From: an uncultured Azospirillum sp.
Lineage (GTDB): Bacteria > Pseudomonadota > Alphaproteobacteria > CACIAM-22H2
NCBI GenBank assembly: GCA_964416335.1
Contig: CAYQDN010000004.1
Location: 64,518 to 128,517 of the forward strand
Length of the DNA stretch: 64,000 bases
Reading direction: 5' to 3'
Below are positions 28,331-38,774 of this stretch, in pieces. Numbering within the stretch: the first letter of the stretch is position 1; the number at the start of each line of letters is the position of its first letter. The notes below the pieces were generated by a model. It saw nothing but the letters and a program-made list of their open reading frames with translations. It was not told where the DNA came from and ran no database searches. Made by a program: the position numbers and the translations under genes.

Positions 28331-28649
28331 GAAGAGCGTTAGAAAAAGTTCCGCAGACGGAGAAAGTTTCTCAATTGAAACGATCGGCCGCTTCGCCATC
28401 CTGATGGCAAAGCGAACAACAGATGTCGGTCCCATGCCTGAAATTCTAGAAACTCTCTTTAAGAGCTTCGGATTTGTCGCAGCGCCACTGGTGCTGCTCT
28501 ATCTCCTTGGGCTCGTGCACTGACGCTGCATGGATTGCGTGCAGCGTGTCTGCAAGCTTTATTCGGGCAACCAACAAGAAGTTCTAACTGGCTTCGGGCC
28601 ATCGGCATCGGTGCAAATGCGGTCAACGCAACCATCGAAAGGCCGACAC

Positions 28650-29678
28650 ATGCGACATGCCATTATCAGTCGACGAAGCCTTCTCGCCCTTGGGGGCGGC
28701 GCGTTCGCTGCAGGCCTGGGTCGGAGCGCCAACGCACAGGCGCCGGCGACGCTGATCAATGTCTCGTATGATCCGACGCGCGAGCTCTACAAGGATTTCA
28801 ACGAGAAATTCGTGCGCTTCTGGCAGGCGCAGAATAAGCCATCCGTCCGCATAAACGTGTCGCACGGAGGCTCGGGCTCGCAGGCCCGCACGGTCATCGA
28901 CGGCCTCGATGCCGATGTCGTGACGCTGGCGCTTGCCTATGACATCGACGCGATCGCCGACCGCGGCTTGATCCGTCCCGACTGGCAGAGCGTCTTCCCA
29001 AACAACAGCTCGCCCTATACGTCGACGATCGTGTTCGTCGTGCGCAAGGGCAACCCGAAGAAGATTGCGGACTGGTCGGACCTGGCGCGCCCGGGCGTTC
29101 AGGTGATCACGCCGAACCCGAAGACGTCGGGCGGGGCGCGCTGGAACTATCTGGCCGCGTGGGGTTATGAACTCCGCCGTCCGGGCGCCAGTGAGATAAG
29201 CGCAGAAGAGTTCGTTCGCGCGATCTACAAGAACGTCCCGGTTCTCGACACTGGGGCCCGCGGTTCGACCACGACGTTCGGTCAGCGTGGCATCGGTGAC
29301 GTAGCACTGTCGTGGGAGAACGAGGCGTTCCTGGTCCTGAAGGAGCTGGGCGAAGACAAGTTCGAGATCGTCGTGCCCACGGTCAGCATCCTCGCCGAAC
29401 CCCCGGTCGCGATCGTCGACCGCAATGTCGACCGCAAGGGGACGCGTGCACTGGCCGAAGCCTATCTCAACCATCTCTACAGTCCGGAAGGGCAGGACGT
29501 CGCGGCGCGCAATTTCTATCGGCCGCGATCGGCCGAGGCGCTGGCGCGCAGCGGCGACCGGTTCAAGAAGCTCCCGCTGTTCACGATCGACGAGGTCTTC
29601 GGCGGCTGGAGAAAGGCCCAGAACACGCACTTCGCCGATGGCGGGGTATTCGACCGGATCTACAAGCCGGGTAGTTGA
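28650..29678 (+). CDS. sbp: sulfate/thiosulfate ABC transporter substrate-binding protein
   Basis: Tat-like signal [24 protein letters not shown]. Sbp/CysP family throughout ([23 protein letters not shown]). ATG at 28650 is preceded by AAAGG. Confidence 0.9.
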   Translation: MRHAIISRRSLLALGGGAFAAGLGRSANAQAPATLINVSYDPTRELYKDFNEKFVRFWQAQNKPSVRINVSHGGSGSQARTVIDGLDADVVTLALAYDIDAIADRGLIRPDWQSVFPNNSSPYTSTIVFVVRKGNPKKIADWSDLARPGVQVITPNPKTSGGARWNYLAAWGYELRRPGASEISAEEFVRAIYKNVPVLDTGARGSTTTFGQRGIGDVALSWENEAFLVLKELGEDKFEIVVPTVSILAEPPVAIVDRNVDRKGTRALAEAYLNHLYSPEGQDVAARNFYRPRSAEALARSGDRFKKLPLFTIDEVFGGWRKAQNTHFADGGVFDRIYKPGS

Positions 29679-30517
29679 GCGTGGCCGGCGCATTTGTGCT
29701 GCGACAACGCTCGGCTTTGCCCGGGTTCGGGCTGGCGTTCGGCTTTGCCGTCACATATCTCAGCCTGATCGTGCTGATCCCGCTCGCGGGCTTGATCCTC
29801 AAGCCCGTCGAGCTGGGATTGGCCGGATTCTGGGCGCAGGTCGCCACACCGCGCGTCTGGGCCTCGCTGCGCCTGAGCTTCGGGGCGGCACTCGTCGCGG
29901 CCGCAGTCAACGCGATCTTCGGTTCCATTCTCGCCTGGATCCTGGTGCGTTATCCGTTTCCCCTGCGGCGCTTCGTCGACGGGCTGATCGACCTGCCGTT
30001 CGCGCTTCCGACGGCCGTTGCCGGCATCGCACTGACCGCGATCTATGCCCCGAACGGGTGGATCGGAAGTTGGTTTGCCGCCAACGACATCCGGATCGCG
30101 TTCACGCCGCTCGGTGTGGTGGTGGCCCTCGTCTTCATCGGGCTGCCGTTCGTCGTGCGCACCGTCCAGCCGGTGCTGCAGGATCTCGAGCCTGAAATCG
30201 AGGAGGCGGCGGCAACGCTGGGTGCAAGCCGGCTCCAGACGATCATCCGGGTGATCCTGCCGACGCTTGCGCCGGCCCTGTTGACCGGTTTCGCACTCGC
30301 CTTTGCGCGCGCCGTCGGCGAGTACGGGTCGGTGATCTTCATCGCCGGGAACATACCGCTCGTCTCCGAGATCGCCCCGCTTCTGATCGTTGTGAAGCTC
30401 GAGCAGTTCGACTACGCGGGGGCAGCGGCCATCGGCGTCGTGATGCTGCTCATCTCGTTCCTGCTGCTCCTCGGCATCAATATCCTCCAGCACTGGAGCC
30501 GTGCATGGGCACGCTGA
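29675..30517 (+). CDS. cysT: sulfate ABC transporter permease CysT
   Basis: [23 protein letters not shown] at the N-terminus and the EAA loop [14 protein letters not shown]. Start is ambiguous: TTG at 29675 or GTG at 29681, with no ATG in frame. Confidence 0.85.
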   Translation: MSVAGAFVLRQRSALPGFGLAFGFAVTYLSLIVLIPLAGLILKPVELGLAGFWAQVATPRVWASLRLSFGAALVAAAVNAIFGSILAWILVRYPFPLRRFVDGLIDLPFALPTAVAGIALTAIYAPNGWIGSWFAANDIRIAFTPLGVVVALVFIGLPFVVRTVQPVLQDLEPEIEEAAATLGASRLQTIIRVILPTLAPALLTGFALAFARAVGEYGSVIFIAGNIPLVSEIAPLLIVVKLEQFDYAGAAAIGVVMLLISFLLLLGINILQHWSRAWAR

Positions 30518-31371
30518 GCATCGCGACGGCCGGGCGTGGTGCGACGCGCGAACCTGTGCTGGCAAGAATTCTGCTGATCGTCGCCGGACTCGGATTCCTC
30601 GCGGCGTTTGTCGTGCTGCCGCTCCTGGCGGTGCTCGCCGAGGCACTCCGACGCGGCTGGGATACTTATTTTTCCAACATCGTCGAAGCCGATGCGGTTT
30701 CGGCAATGTGGCTTACCATCACCGTCGCAGCCATCTCGGTTCCGCTCAATCTTGTCTTCGGTGTCGCCGCCGCCTGGTCGGTGTCCAAGTTCGATTTTGT
30801 GGGCAAGAGCGTACTTGTCACACTGATCGACCTGCCGTTCTCGGTCTCGCCCGTGGTCTCGGGCCTCATCTACATGTTGCTGTTCGGTGCACAGGGCTAT
30901 TTCGGTCCGTGGCTGCGCGGGCACGACATCCAGATTGTTTTTTCGGTGACGGGGCTCGTGCTGGCGACGTCCTTCGTGACATTCCCCTTCGTCGCGCGCG
31001 AGCTCATTCCTCTGATGCAGGATCAGGGAACGCACGAGGAGGAGGCCGCCCTTTCGCTCGGCGCTTCCGGCTGGAAGACATTCTGGTACGTGACGTTGCC
31101 GAATATCCGTTGGGCGCTGCTCTATGGCGTCCTTCTCTGCAATGCGCGTGCGATGGGAGAGTTCGGTGCTGTTTCCGTCGTTTCGGGCCGCATCCGCGGC
31201 GAGACGACGACGATGCCGCTGCATATCGAGATTCTTTACAACGAGTACAATTTCGTTGGCGCTTTCGCGGTGGCGTCGCTTCTCGCCCTGCTCGCACTCG
31301 TCACGCTCGGCGCGAAGTCCCTTCTCGAATGGCGGCACGCCGACGACCTTGCCGCTTCCCGTCGTCACTGA
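30505..31371 (+). CDS. cysW: sulfate ABC transporter permease CysW
   Basis: Second permease with the EAA loop [25 protein letters not shown] at 30505 overlaps the cysT 3-prime end. Confidence 0.85.
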   Translation: MGTLSIATAGRGATREPVLARILLIVAGLGFLAAFVVLPLLAVLAEALRRGWDTYFSNIVEADAVSAMWLTITVAAISVPLNLVFGVAAAWSVSKFDFVGKSVLVTLIDLPFSVSPVVSGLIYMLLFGAQGYFGPWLRGHDIQIVFSVTGLVLATSFVTFPFVARELIPLMQDQGTHEEEAALSLGASGWKTFWYVTLPNIRWALLYGVLLCNARAMGEFGAVSVVSGRIRGETTTMPLHIEILYNEYNFVGAFAVASLLALLALVTLGAKSLLEWRHADDLAASRRH

Positions 31372-31382
31372 GAGCATCGAAC

Positions 31383-32450
31383 ATGGAAATCGAACTGCGG
31401 AACGTATCGAAGTCCTTCGGCAATTTTCAGGCGGTCGCAGGCGTATCCCTCGAGATCGCGGATGGCGAATTCCTGGCGCTGCTCGGTCCGTCGGGCTCAG
31501 GCAAGACGACGCTGCTGCGCATCCTTGCCGGCCTCGAGTTCCCCGATGGCGGCCGCGTGCAGTTCGACGACATCGACGTGACCGACCAGCCGGTGGGTGC
31601 GCGCGAAGCGGGCTTCGTCTTCCAGAGCTATGCGCTGTTCCGGCATCTGACCGTGGCGAAGAACGTCGCCTTCGGGCTTGACGTGCGGCCCCGGAAACGT
31701 CGACCAAGCCCGGCGGCGATCGCTGACCGGGTCGATGAATTGCTCACGCGCGTGGGCCTGCCCGGGCTTGGGGCACGCTTCCCGGCCCAGCTATCGGGCG
31801 GCCAGCGCCAGCGCGTGGCGCTGGCGCGTGCGCTGGCGGTCGAGCCGCGCATCCTGCTGCTCGACGAGCCCTTTGGCGCGCTGGACGCACGCGTGCGCAA
31901 GGAACTGCGTCGCTGGCTGCGCGGCCTGCATGCCGATCTGGGTCTGACCAGCGTGCTGGTCACGCACGACCAGGACGAAGCCTTCGAACTCGCCGACAGG
32001 GTTGCCGTAATCGATGGCGGCAGGATCGTCCAGATCGGTACGCCGCAGGAGGTCTACGACGAGCCGGCGACGGCCTTCGTGCACGAGTTCCTCGGCGAAG
32101 CGAACCGGTTCGCCGGACACATCAGCGGTGGTCGCCTGACTATTCCCGAGCTGCGATTCGACATGGTGGCGCCGGCGCATCTGCATGACGGGCCCGCACT
32201 CGCCTATATCCGTTACACGGACCTGTTGCCAAGCGTGCGGCCGGTCGCTCACGGGACCGGCCTCGCCACGATCGTGCGGGACGTCGTCGCCAACGGCCCG
32301 AATATCGGTGTTGTCTGCGAGATCGCGGGGGCCTCGGCGACCGTGGTCGCCGAGTTCGACCGCCAATTGGCCGCGCGGCACAATCTGGGTGTCGGCCAGT
32401 CCCTGTCGCTCGAGCCGCGCCGGCTGCACGCCTATTCGACGGCGGCCTAG
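31383..32450 (+). CDS. cysA: sulfate/thiosulfate import ATP-binding protein CysA
   Basis: Walker [25 protein letters not shown], Walker [12 protein letters not shown], and a C-terminal TOBE-like domain. MEIELRN start at 31383. Confidence 0.9.
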   Translation: MEIELRNVSKSFGNFQAVAGVSLEIADGEFLALLGPSGSGKTTLLRILAGLEFPDGGRVQFDDIDVTDQPVGAREAGFVFQSYALFRHLTVAKNVAFGLDVRPRKRRPSPAAIADRVDELLTRVGLPGLGARFPAQLSGGQRQRVALARALAVEPRILLLDEPFGALDARVRKELRRWLRGLHADLGLTSVLVTHDQDEAFELADRVAVIDGGRIVQIGTPQEVYDEPATAFVHEFLGEANRFAGHISGGRLTIPELRFDMVAPAHLHDGPALAYIRYTDLLPSVRPVAHGTGLATIVRDVVANGPNIGVVCEIAGASATVVAEFDRQLAARHNLGVGQSLSLEPRRLHAYSTAA

Positions 32451-34339
32451 TCGCGGCCGGTTGCCTGCGTATCGATGAAGCGGGCCAGCCGGTCGATCGA
32501 TACGGTTTTCGAATCCACGACCGTGTCGAGTACGAGGTCGGGTGCGTCGGGCGCCTCGTAGGGAGCCGAAACACCCGTAAAGCCGGCGATCTCGCCGCGC
32601 GCTGCCCGTGCATAGAGCCCTTTCGGGTCCCGTGCCCGGCAGGCATCGAGATCGGCACGGACATGGATCTCGTGAAAACCCGACCCGATGATCCGTCGTG
32701 CCAGCGCCCGATGCTCGGCAAGCGGCGAGATCAGCGCCACGACGACGATGAGGCCGCTTTCGGCAAGCAGCCGGGCGACATGCGCGGTGCGACGGACATT
32801 CTCGGTCCTGTCATCGGGCTCGAAGCCGAGATCGGCGTTGAGGCCGTCGCGCAGGTTGTCGCCGTCGAGGATCTGGATTTGCCGGCCGGCATCGAACAGG
32901 CGGCGCAGGGCTGCCGTCGCAAGTGTCGACTTGCCGGCCCCCGACAGGCCCGTGAGCCAGAAGACGCCGCCGCGATGCCCATTTTCACGCGCGCGGGCTG
33001 CCGCATCGACGGGCGTGGCAACCGGGAAGATTTCTGCAGATGCTCTATTGGCAGTTGACGGGTCCGCCCGCTCGACGACAAAGCCGCCGACCACATTGTC
33101 GCCGGCGAGGGCAACGCCGCGGCCGGTTGCAGGCAGATCAACGAAAGCGTCGGCCGGCATGGGGGCAGCGAGCCGGACGCGGACAACCGCGACACCATTG
33201 CGGGCAAGCATGCCGGGGCGATGCTGGTCACCCAGTCCCGGTTCGAGGATCCGGTCGATCGCTTCGACGACGCCGTCCTGGGTCGCCGTGCCGACGGCCA
33301 GGCGCAACTTGCGCCCGGGGGCGAGCGGATCGTGTGCCAGCCACAGCAGGCGTAGCCGCAAGTCGCGAGTCGCTTCGGGTGACGTGTCGGGCTCGGTCAG
33401 CCAGGCGCCGCGCTCGACGAAGGCTTCGGTGTCGAGGGCGATGGCCACGCTTTCGCCCGCGACCGCTTCGACGCGCGGCCGGCCGGCGTTCCAGTCCGAA
33501 AAAGCCGCGACCCGGACGAGCCGGCCGCCCGGCACGATTCGGATGCCGTCACCGACGCGCAGCCGGCCGCTTTCGATGCGCCCGGCGATGAAACGCCGGT
33601 CGCCGCGGCGATAGACGTCCTGCACCGGAAGGCGCAGCGGCCCATCTGCAAGTGGCCGGCCAGGCTCGAAACGGTCAAGTGCTTCCAGCAGGGCAGGGCC
33701 CTTGTACCAGGAGGTCCGGGGGCTCCGGAGTGCGACATTGTCGCCGTCGCGCGCCGAGATCGGGACCATCGCCGCCGCCGTCACGCCGATCCGCTCGAAC
33801 AGCCCGTTCAGTTCACCGGCGATTTCGGCAAACCGACCCTGATCGAAATCGAAAAGGTCCATCTTGTTGACTGCGACAGTAACCTGCCGCAGGCCGAGCA
33901 GCTCAAGTATCGAAGCGTGTCGGCGTGTCTGCTCGCTCACACCCTGCTTGGCGTCGACGACGAGCACGGCCGCGTCGGCAGCCGACGCACCGGTTGCCAT
34001 GTTCTTGACGAACTCGGCATGGCCGGGCGCGTCTATCGCGCGGAAACTGCGCCGCGCGGTCTTGAACCATACTTGGGTCGTGTCGAGCGTGATGCCCTGG
34101 TCGCGCTCGATCTGGAGCGCGTCGAGCAGGAACGACCATTCGTTGCTCAGGCCGCGCCGATCCGAGATGGTGCGAAGCTCGGCGAGCTTCTCTTCGGGCA
34201 GTGCTCCGGTCTCGTAGAGGATGCGGCCGACCAGCGTCGACTTGCCGTGATCGACATGGCCGACGAACACGACAGACAGAACGGCCGCCTGCTCGCGCGG
34301 CAGAATAGGCGGGATGACATGGGCGACGGCGACGGACAT
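32447..34339 (-). CDS. cysNC: bifunctional sulfate adenylyltransferase subunit 1 / adenylylsulfate kinase (CysN-CysC fusion)
   Basis: GTPase motifs [15 protein letters not shown] and NKMD in the N-terminal half. The C-terminal half carries the APS kinase P-loop [12 protein letters not shown] at 34339 is preceded by GAGG. The ORF track starts at a GTG at 34354. Confidence 0.9.
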   Translation of the reverse strand: MSVAVAHVIPPILPREQAAVLSVVFVGHVDHGKSTLVGRILYETGALPEEKLAELRTISDRRGLSNEWSFLLDALQIERDQGITLDTTQVWFKTARRSFRAIDAPGHAEFVKNMATGASAADAAVLVVDAKQGVSEQTRRHASILELLGLRQVTVAVNKMDLFDFDQGRFAEIAGELNGLFERIGVTAAAMVPISARDGDNVALRSPRTSWYKGPALLEALDRFEPGRPLADGPLRLPVQDVYRRGDRRFIAGRIESGRLRVGDGIRIVPGGRLVRVAAFSDWNAGRPRVEAVAGESVAIALDTEAFVERGAWLTEPDTSPEATRDLRLRLLWLAHDPLAPGRKLRLAVGTATQDGVVEAIDRILEPGLGDQHRPGMLARNGVAVVRVRLAAPMPADAFVDLPATGRGVALAGDNVVGGFVVERADPSTANRASAEIFPVATPVDAAARARENGHRGGVFWLTGLSGAGKSTLATAALRRLFDAGRQIQILDGDNLRDGLNADLGFEPDDRTENVRRTAHVARLLAESGLIVVVALISPLAEHRALARRIIGSGFHEIHVRADLDACRARDPKGLYARAARGEIAGFTGVSAPYEAPDAPDLVLDTVVDSKTVSIDRLARFIDTQATGRD

Positions 34340-34350
34340 ACGCGAAGACC

Positions 34351-35145
34351 TCACATGTAGCCTGTGGCACGAAGCCGCTCGAATGCGTCCTCGGAATCGT
34401 GATCCATCGCACGGCCGGCCCGTTCCGGCGTGCGTGTGGCGGCAAGCTCGTCAATGATCTCGGGCACGTTGCGGGCGACGCTGTCGATCGGGAAGGTGAT
34501 GCCGATCTCGCCGAGCGAGCGGTAGCGCTTGCCCTCGCGGGCGAAATAGAGCGGCACGACCGGGATGGATTCACGCAGGATATAGCGCCAGATGTCGATT
34601 TCGGTCCAATGCAGCAGCGGATGGATGCGCACATGCCCGCCCGGCGGCGGAGCGGGCCGGTAGCTGTCCCAGAACTCGGGCGGCTGGTCGCGGAAATCCC
34701 AGTTGCCGTCGGCGGCGCGCGGGCTGAAGACGCGCTCCTTGGCACGCGTGGCCTGTTCGTCGCGCCGGATGCCGGCGATCACGCCCTTGAAGCCGTGGCG
34801 CTCAAGCGCCTGGCGCAGCCCGAGGCTCTTGCGCGCGGCGAGGCGTGAGGCCGGTGGCAGCGATGGGTCGACGGCCTCGATCGGCGGGCAGGCGTCGTTG
34901 ATCAGCTTGAGGCCCCATTCGGCGACGTAGCGCTTGCGGAAAGCATAGGTTTCCGGGAACTCGAGTCCGGTATCGAGATGGGCGACGGGGAACGGCACTT
35001 CGCCAAGGAACGCCTTGCGGGCGAGCCAGATCATCACGTTCGAATCCTTGCCCAGCGACCACAGCATCGCGAGCGGGCGGATCGTTGCGTAGGCTTCGCG
35101 CAGGATGTAGATGCTTTTGGCTTCGAGTTGGTCGAGATGGTCCAT
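34351..35145 (-). CDS. cysD: sulfate adenylyltransferase subunit 2
   Basis: PAPS-reductase-like ATP pyrophosphatase fold [13 protein letters not shown], characteristic of CysD. 264 aa. Confidence 0.9.
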   Translation of the reverse strand: MDHLDQLEAKSIYILREAYATIRPLAMLWSLGKDSNVMIWLARKAFLGEVPFPVAHLDTGLEFPETYAFRKRYVAEWGLKLINDACPPIEAVDPSLPPASRLAARKSLGLRQALERHGFKGVIAGIRRDEQATRAKERVFSPRAADGNWDFRDQPPEFWDSYRPAPPPGGHVRIHPLLHWTEIDIWRYILRESIPVVPLYFAREGKRYRSLGEIGITFPIDSVARNVPEIIDELAATRTPERAGRAMDHDSEDAFERLRATGYM

Positions 35146-35148
35146 CGT

Positions 35149-35865
35149 TCACTCCGGCCTTGTTCCGGCCATCTGGTGGATGCCGCATTCGGTCTTGTCC
35201 ACGCCGCGCCAGCGGCCGGCCCGGATGTCTTCGCCGGGCTTCACGCGCGCCGTGCAGGGCGTGCAGCCAATCGATGCGAATCCGTCGGCTACAAGAGGAT
35301 GATGTGGAAGCTCGTAGGTGGAAAAATATGCTTCAACATCTGTGCGCGTCCAATGGGCTAACGGGTTTAGCTTAATGCGCAAATCTTCCCGCTCGACAAG
35401 ACGAATCGTTGATCTTGTGTCGCCGTGGTGACGCTTTCGCCCGTTGATCCAAGCCGAAAACGGTGCCAGTGCGTCTCTCAATGGATTGACTTTGCGCAAG
35501 GCACAGCAGGCGTCTGGATCATCGCGCCATAGGGAGCCGTTCGGATCTGCCGCCAAAATCTCTGTGGAGCTTGCGCGTGCGACACGCACGTCCGCCAAAT
35601 TCAGCCGTTCAACTAGTTGGTCACGATAGCGCTTCGTTTCTCCGAAGAGCTTTCCAGTGTCGATAAAGATGACAGGAACCGCATTGTCTATTGACGCTAC
35701 CATATGGAGAAGTACCGCCGCTTCGGCGCCGAATGAGGAAACAAGCGCTATTTTTTTCGGAAATAGATCAAGAATTGCGCTGCGAAGAATTTCTACGGAT
35801 GCAAACGCGCTGTATGAGGTATTTGCGCTCAGAAGCGCGACCCGATATTGGAAATCTTGGAACAT
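35149..35865 (-). CDS. cysH: phosphoadenosine phosphosulfate (PAPS/APS) reductase
   Basis: ALVSSFGAEAAVLLHMVA PP-loop and the C-terminal ECGIH redox motif. GC content switches inside the gene near 35290. Confidence 0.85.
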   Translation of the reverse strand: MFQDFQYRVALLSANTSYSAFASVEILRSAILDLFPKKIALVSSFGAEAAVLLHMVASIDNAVPVIFIDTGKLFGETKRYRDQLVERLNLADVRVARASSTEILAADPNGSLWRDDPDACCALRKVNPLRDALAPFSAWINGRKRHHGDTRSTIRLVEREDLRIKLNPLAHWTRTDVEAYFSTYELPHHPLVADGFASIGCTPCTARVKPGEDIRAGRWRGVDKTECGIHQMAGTRPE

Positions 35866-36031
35866 TCCGCCCTCAATCTAATGAGGCGGTTATCGAATAA
35901 ATCCGTAGCTAGCGCATCGCAATTCCATTCAAGACCGCGGCAAGAGAAATTAAAGTGGCCGGCCATCAAAAAATATTTGGATGGCGAATTAGAAATGTTC
36001 GATAACGGGATTGTACTTGGCACGTACCAGG

Positions 36032-36442
36032 CTATGCCTGCGATCGGCCCCCACTGAGTGGTCCGAGTAGAATGTTAGTGCATGATGCCGTTAGTTCTGC
36101 CCCGAACTTAGGTCCATTCGCTAAGCGAACTTTCGGGCACGGTCTATTTGATCTGCGAAGGCCTTCGGCATCAAGCCGCCGAGGGCCATGTGGGGTCGTT
36201 CGGTGATGTAATCTGTCCTTCATTCTTCGATACGCTGCCGAGCATCGGCCATCGAGATGAACCATGAAGCATTCAGGCACAACGACTGAACCGTGATTGG
36301 CAAGCATAATCGCGTGGTCGTCAAGCGTGATCTGTGTTGACCAAGGGAGTACTGATCCTTTGATTTTGACTAAGAAGCCTAGCCAGATTTCTACTTGAGA
36401 CCGGCGGACGTCTACACCAGATTGTCCCCCGTCAGCGCCCAT
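36032..36442 (-). CDS. hypothetical protein (low confidence)
   Basis: 136-aa ORF in a low-GC segment with no recognisable motifs. It may be a gene remnant. Confidence 0.25.
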   Translation of the reverse strand: MGADGGQSGVDVRRSQVEIWLGFLVKIKGSVLPWSTQITLDDHAIMLANHGSVVVPECFMVHLDGRCSAAYRRMKDRLHHRTTPHGPRRLDAEGLRRSNRPCPKVRLANGPKFGAELTASCTNILLGPLSGGRSQA

Positions 36443-36557
36443 AGGACAGTCTGAGCAGTTTGCGTAACGGAGTGTTTTCGGCTCATCGTCACCGAGAAAG
36501 GGACGAGAATGAGACCGATGAAACAGACCCCACCGAACGGCAGGAGAACTGCATGCT

Positions 36558-36848
36558 TTGAAGCTCTTCTACCCGTTCGCGCGGTTCAGATCGAAGAAAA
36601 CGAATATGGCCTACATCAGCTACGAGAAGATCGAGGAGCAGACAGCGATCTCCCGCAATAATATCAAGCAAGGAATCAGCATCCTGGCGGCCGTAGGCCT
36701 CGTCCACATCGAGCACGTGCCAAGCGGTCTCAATGGACATGGCGTCACCAGCGCCTATCGTCTCGCCCGCCTTGAAACTAATCGCCATCTCGGAGCGACC
36801 GGTCGAAACATGGACATTGCTGACACGGAGTTTGAGGAGGCATTGTAG
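36558..36848 (+). CDS. hypothetical winged-helix-like DNA-binding protein (possible replication-initiator N-terminal remnant)
   Basis: AYISYEKIEEQTAISRNNIKQGISILAAVGLV resembles a wHTH segment. Only 96 aa, and no downstream catalytic part. Confidence 0.3.
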   Translation: MKLFYPFARFRSKKTNMAYISYEKIEEQTAISRNNIKQGISILAAVGLVHIEHVPSGLNGHGVTSAYRLARLETNRHLGATGRNMDIADTEFEEAL

Positions 36849-36858
36849 CGCTTGCCTT

Positions 36859-37920
36859 CTAGATAGCTGCGGTCGGCCCCGCAACGTTCAACCTTACCTG
36901 GATGGTCGAAATTGTTTCGACGATCTCTTTGAATGGAATGACGTCGCCAAAAATCATCTGCGACATCAGCGCGTAGTCGGCCTCAAGTGCGGCAAGCAGT
37001 CTGCCCTCAGGCACAAGGTTAAAGCTGCCAGGTATGAACTGGTCAAGCCTCTGCCAATGCTTCCAATAGGTCCTCTTGCAGTGTTCGCAAACTTCAGATC
37101 CCAGATCTGCGTCGGCAAGAAACTCTTCGCCTCTCGGGTTCTGAAAGATCTTTGCGACATCATAGTAGTGCCTCGATATCCGATTCCGATCAGCCGGGAT
37201 TTCTACATTGCCCGTATACCGGCAGGCTTGGCCGTGCAGGATTATTAGCTTCTCCCAGAATGTCCGCTGTGGCTCGATCGCCAAAACGTTTCCGATATTA
37301 ATTTTCCCCGGAACTACTTCCGAGATATACGGCGATACTTCGCTAATTGATTTCGGTCTCAGGCCGCCGCGAACGCCAATCTCGAGCTTTACGGTCGACG
37401 TGAAGTATCCGTTTGGATCAGCTTCCGTGATCGACGGATATCGGAGCCTCAGGGTGGTTTCGTGTTCGTTGTTTCCTTCAAACTCGATCGCTACCCTTTG
37501 TCCATACGCATCGAAGAGATTTCGTAAATCCGGGACTATGAAATTTTCAACGTGCTGCTTGCAGGTAAGCTGCACCTCTTCGAATTTTCTCTTTCTCGCC
37601 TCTCCACTTCCTACGAATTCAGCACTCGTCGGATCGTCTGGTCCCAGAAAGCCGAGCTGGGATGGCATCATGGTGAGATCGATATCTTCTGAGAATCTCT
37701 GGATAAGAGAATACAACTTCGATAGCGATGTACCGCCCTTAAAGATCAGCTCTTTGTTTCGGCCAGGATTGTGATTGAACAGTCCATCCAGAACCAGGCA
37801 AACCCAAAAATCCTTTTCAGCGAAGAACGCCAGGGCGCCATACTTTTCCATGGCTGCCAGAAACGCGGCGCGTCGATTGCCATCCGACTGTGCTAGAAAT
37901 TCACGGATGTTTGAATTCAA
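36859..37920 (-). CDS. abiEii: AbiEii/AbiGii-family nucleotidyltransferase toxin (type IV TA)
   Basis: Signature IFKGGTSLSKLYSLIQRFSEDIDL (the KGGT...SEDID motif of AbiEii). The TTG start overlaps the abiEi stop (TTGA). Confidence 0.8.
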   Translation of the reverse strand: MNSNIREFLAQSDGNRRAAFLAAMEKYGALAFFAEKDFWVCLVLDGLFNHNPGRNKELIFKGGTSLSKLYSLIQRFSEDIDLTMMPSQLGFLGPDDPTSAEFVGSGEARKRKFEEVQLTCKQHVENFIVPDLRNLFDAYGQRVAIEFEGNNEHETTLRLRYPSITEADPNGYFTSTVKLEIGVRGGLRPKSISEVSPYISEVVPGKINIGNVLAIEPQRTFWEKLIILHGQACRYTGNVEIPADRNRISRHYYDVAKIFQNPRGEEFLADADLGSEVCEHCKRTYWKHWQRLDQFIPGSFNLVPEGRLLAALEADYALMSQMIFGDVIPFKEIVETISTIQVRLNVAGPTAAI

Positions 37921-38576
37921 GCAACCACGTTCTCGTTTTGAGGTTGATCGTCTTCAACGACCTTCTTCGCGATCTTGCAAATCCAGTTCGGTAGCTTGTT
38001 GAGGCCATCGGCAAGATCCGCTTTGACATCCGGTGCCAAACGAGCGCGAAGAATCCGTACCACCTCAGTGTCTGTCTTGACTATAGGGCCAAGCCAATAC
38101 AACGCCTGGACGACCGGAAGTGCCGGCCGATTCTCCCATTCAGTCACTTTCTTGCGGGCATGCTTGAACCGGATTGTCCAGCCGCCGACCTTCATTTCTT
38201 TGGTAGGGGCGGCAGTTTCCCATTCCGGCTTCACAGAGACAGCCGTTGTAAGGCCAAGCATGTTCGCGGCAGCCATCCCGGTACCGATGATCTGGATGTT
38301 GTCGCGCCGCGCAATAGCATGAGCTACCTGCGCCGGATCAACCGGCGCAGTACGGTTCAAATACGCGTTGTGACGAGGCATCTCATAGACGCCGCGCGCA
38401 ACCCGACGAAGCTTGCCTGCGCGCACCAGACGACCCAGCGCCTGATCAACGGCAGCACGCGTGCCGACGTTCAGAAACTCCTTCGGCATGCAGATGCGCG
38501 CCTCGGGGTCGCGTCGCCGGAGTGTCTTCAGGATTTTGGCTTTGATATCGATCATAGGGCTGACTTTCTGACACAT
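37917..38576 (-). CDS. abiEi: AbiEi-family antitoxin / transcriptional regulator
   Basis: N-terminal wHTH IKAKILKTLRRRDPEARICMPKEFLNVGTRAAVDQALGRLVRAGKL, then the AbiEi C-terminal domain. An alternative ATG start at 38555 is possible. Confidence 0.75.
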   Translation of the reverse strand: MCQKVSPMIDIKAKILKTLRRRDPEARICMPKEFLNVGTRAAVDQALGRLVRAGKLRRVARGVYEMPRHNAYLNRTAPVDPAQVAHAIARRDNIQIIGTGMAAANMLGLTTAVSVKPEWETAAPTKEMKVGGWTIRFKHARKKVTEWENRPALPVVQALYWLGPIVKTDTEVVRILRARLAPDVKADLADGLNKLPNWICKIAKKVVEDDQPQNENVVA

Positions 38577-38610
38577 TCTGTGTCAGAAAATATAGGTGAT
38601 TATTCTGACA
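38566..38610. promoter_or_regulatory. AbiE operator: perfect palindrome TTCTGACACA-ttc-TGTGTCAGAA plus third half-site TTCTGACA
   Basis: 10-bp inverted arms at 38566-38588, with an extra TTCTGACA copy at 38603-38610. The palindrome overlaps the abiEi start region. Confidence 0.65.
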
Positions 38611-38774
38611 AAATCAACTCATTAAATGATATCTAACAATATGTTTATAAACATATTTATAGAATTATGATCGAATCATATCCTTAAACATAGGATAGCG
38701 ACATATCAGAACGCGCTGTGCGATGCACATGATCAGTGACCTGACCGAGTTTTTGAACCAAGCCGAATGAGAGA

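Noticed and set aside
28317-28523. 68-aa ORF after the truncated restriction-modification fragment
   Set aside because: It is frame-shifted relative to the restriction-modification fragment and ends at the GC boundary. It is treated as part of the decayed gene rather than an independent CDS.
28400-28620. Search for an attR-like direct repeat of tRNA-Thr at the right island boundary
   Set aside because: Only a 9-nt match (GCTGCTCTA at about 28495) was found by eye. This is too short to call. A proper alignment is needed before asserting att sites.
32663-34745. Plus- and minus-strand alternative ORFs overlapping cysNC (for example 32688-33614, 33903-34745)
   Set aside because: Arg/Ser-rich artefacts. 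The cysNC frame carries GTPase and APS-kinase motifs.
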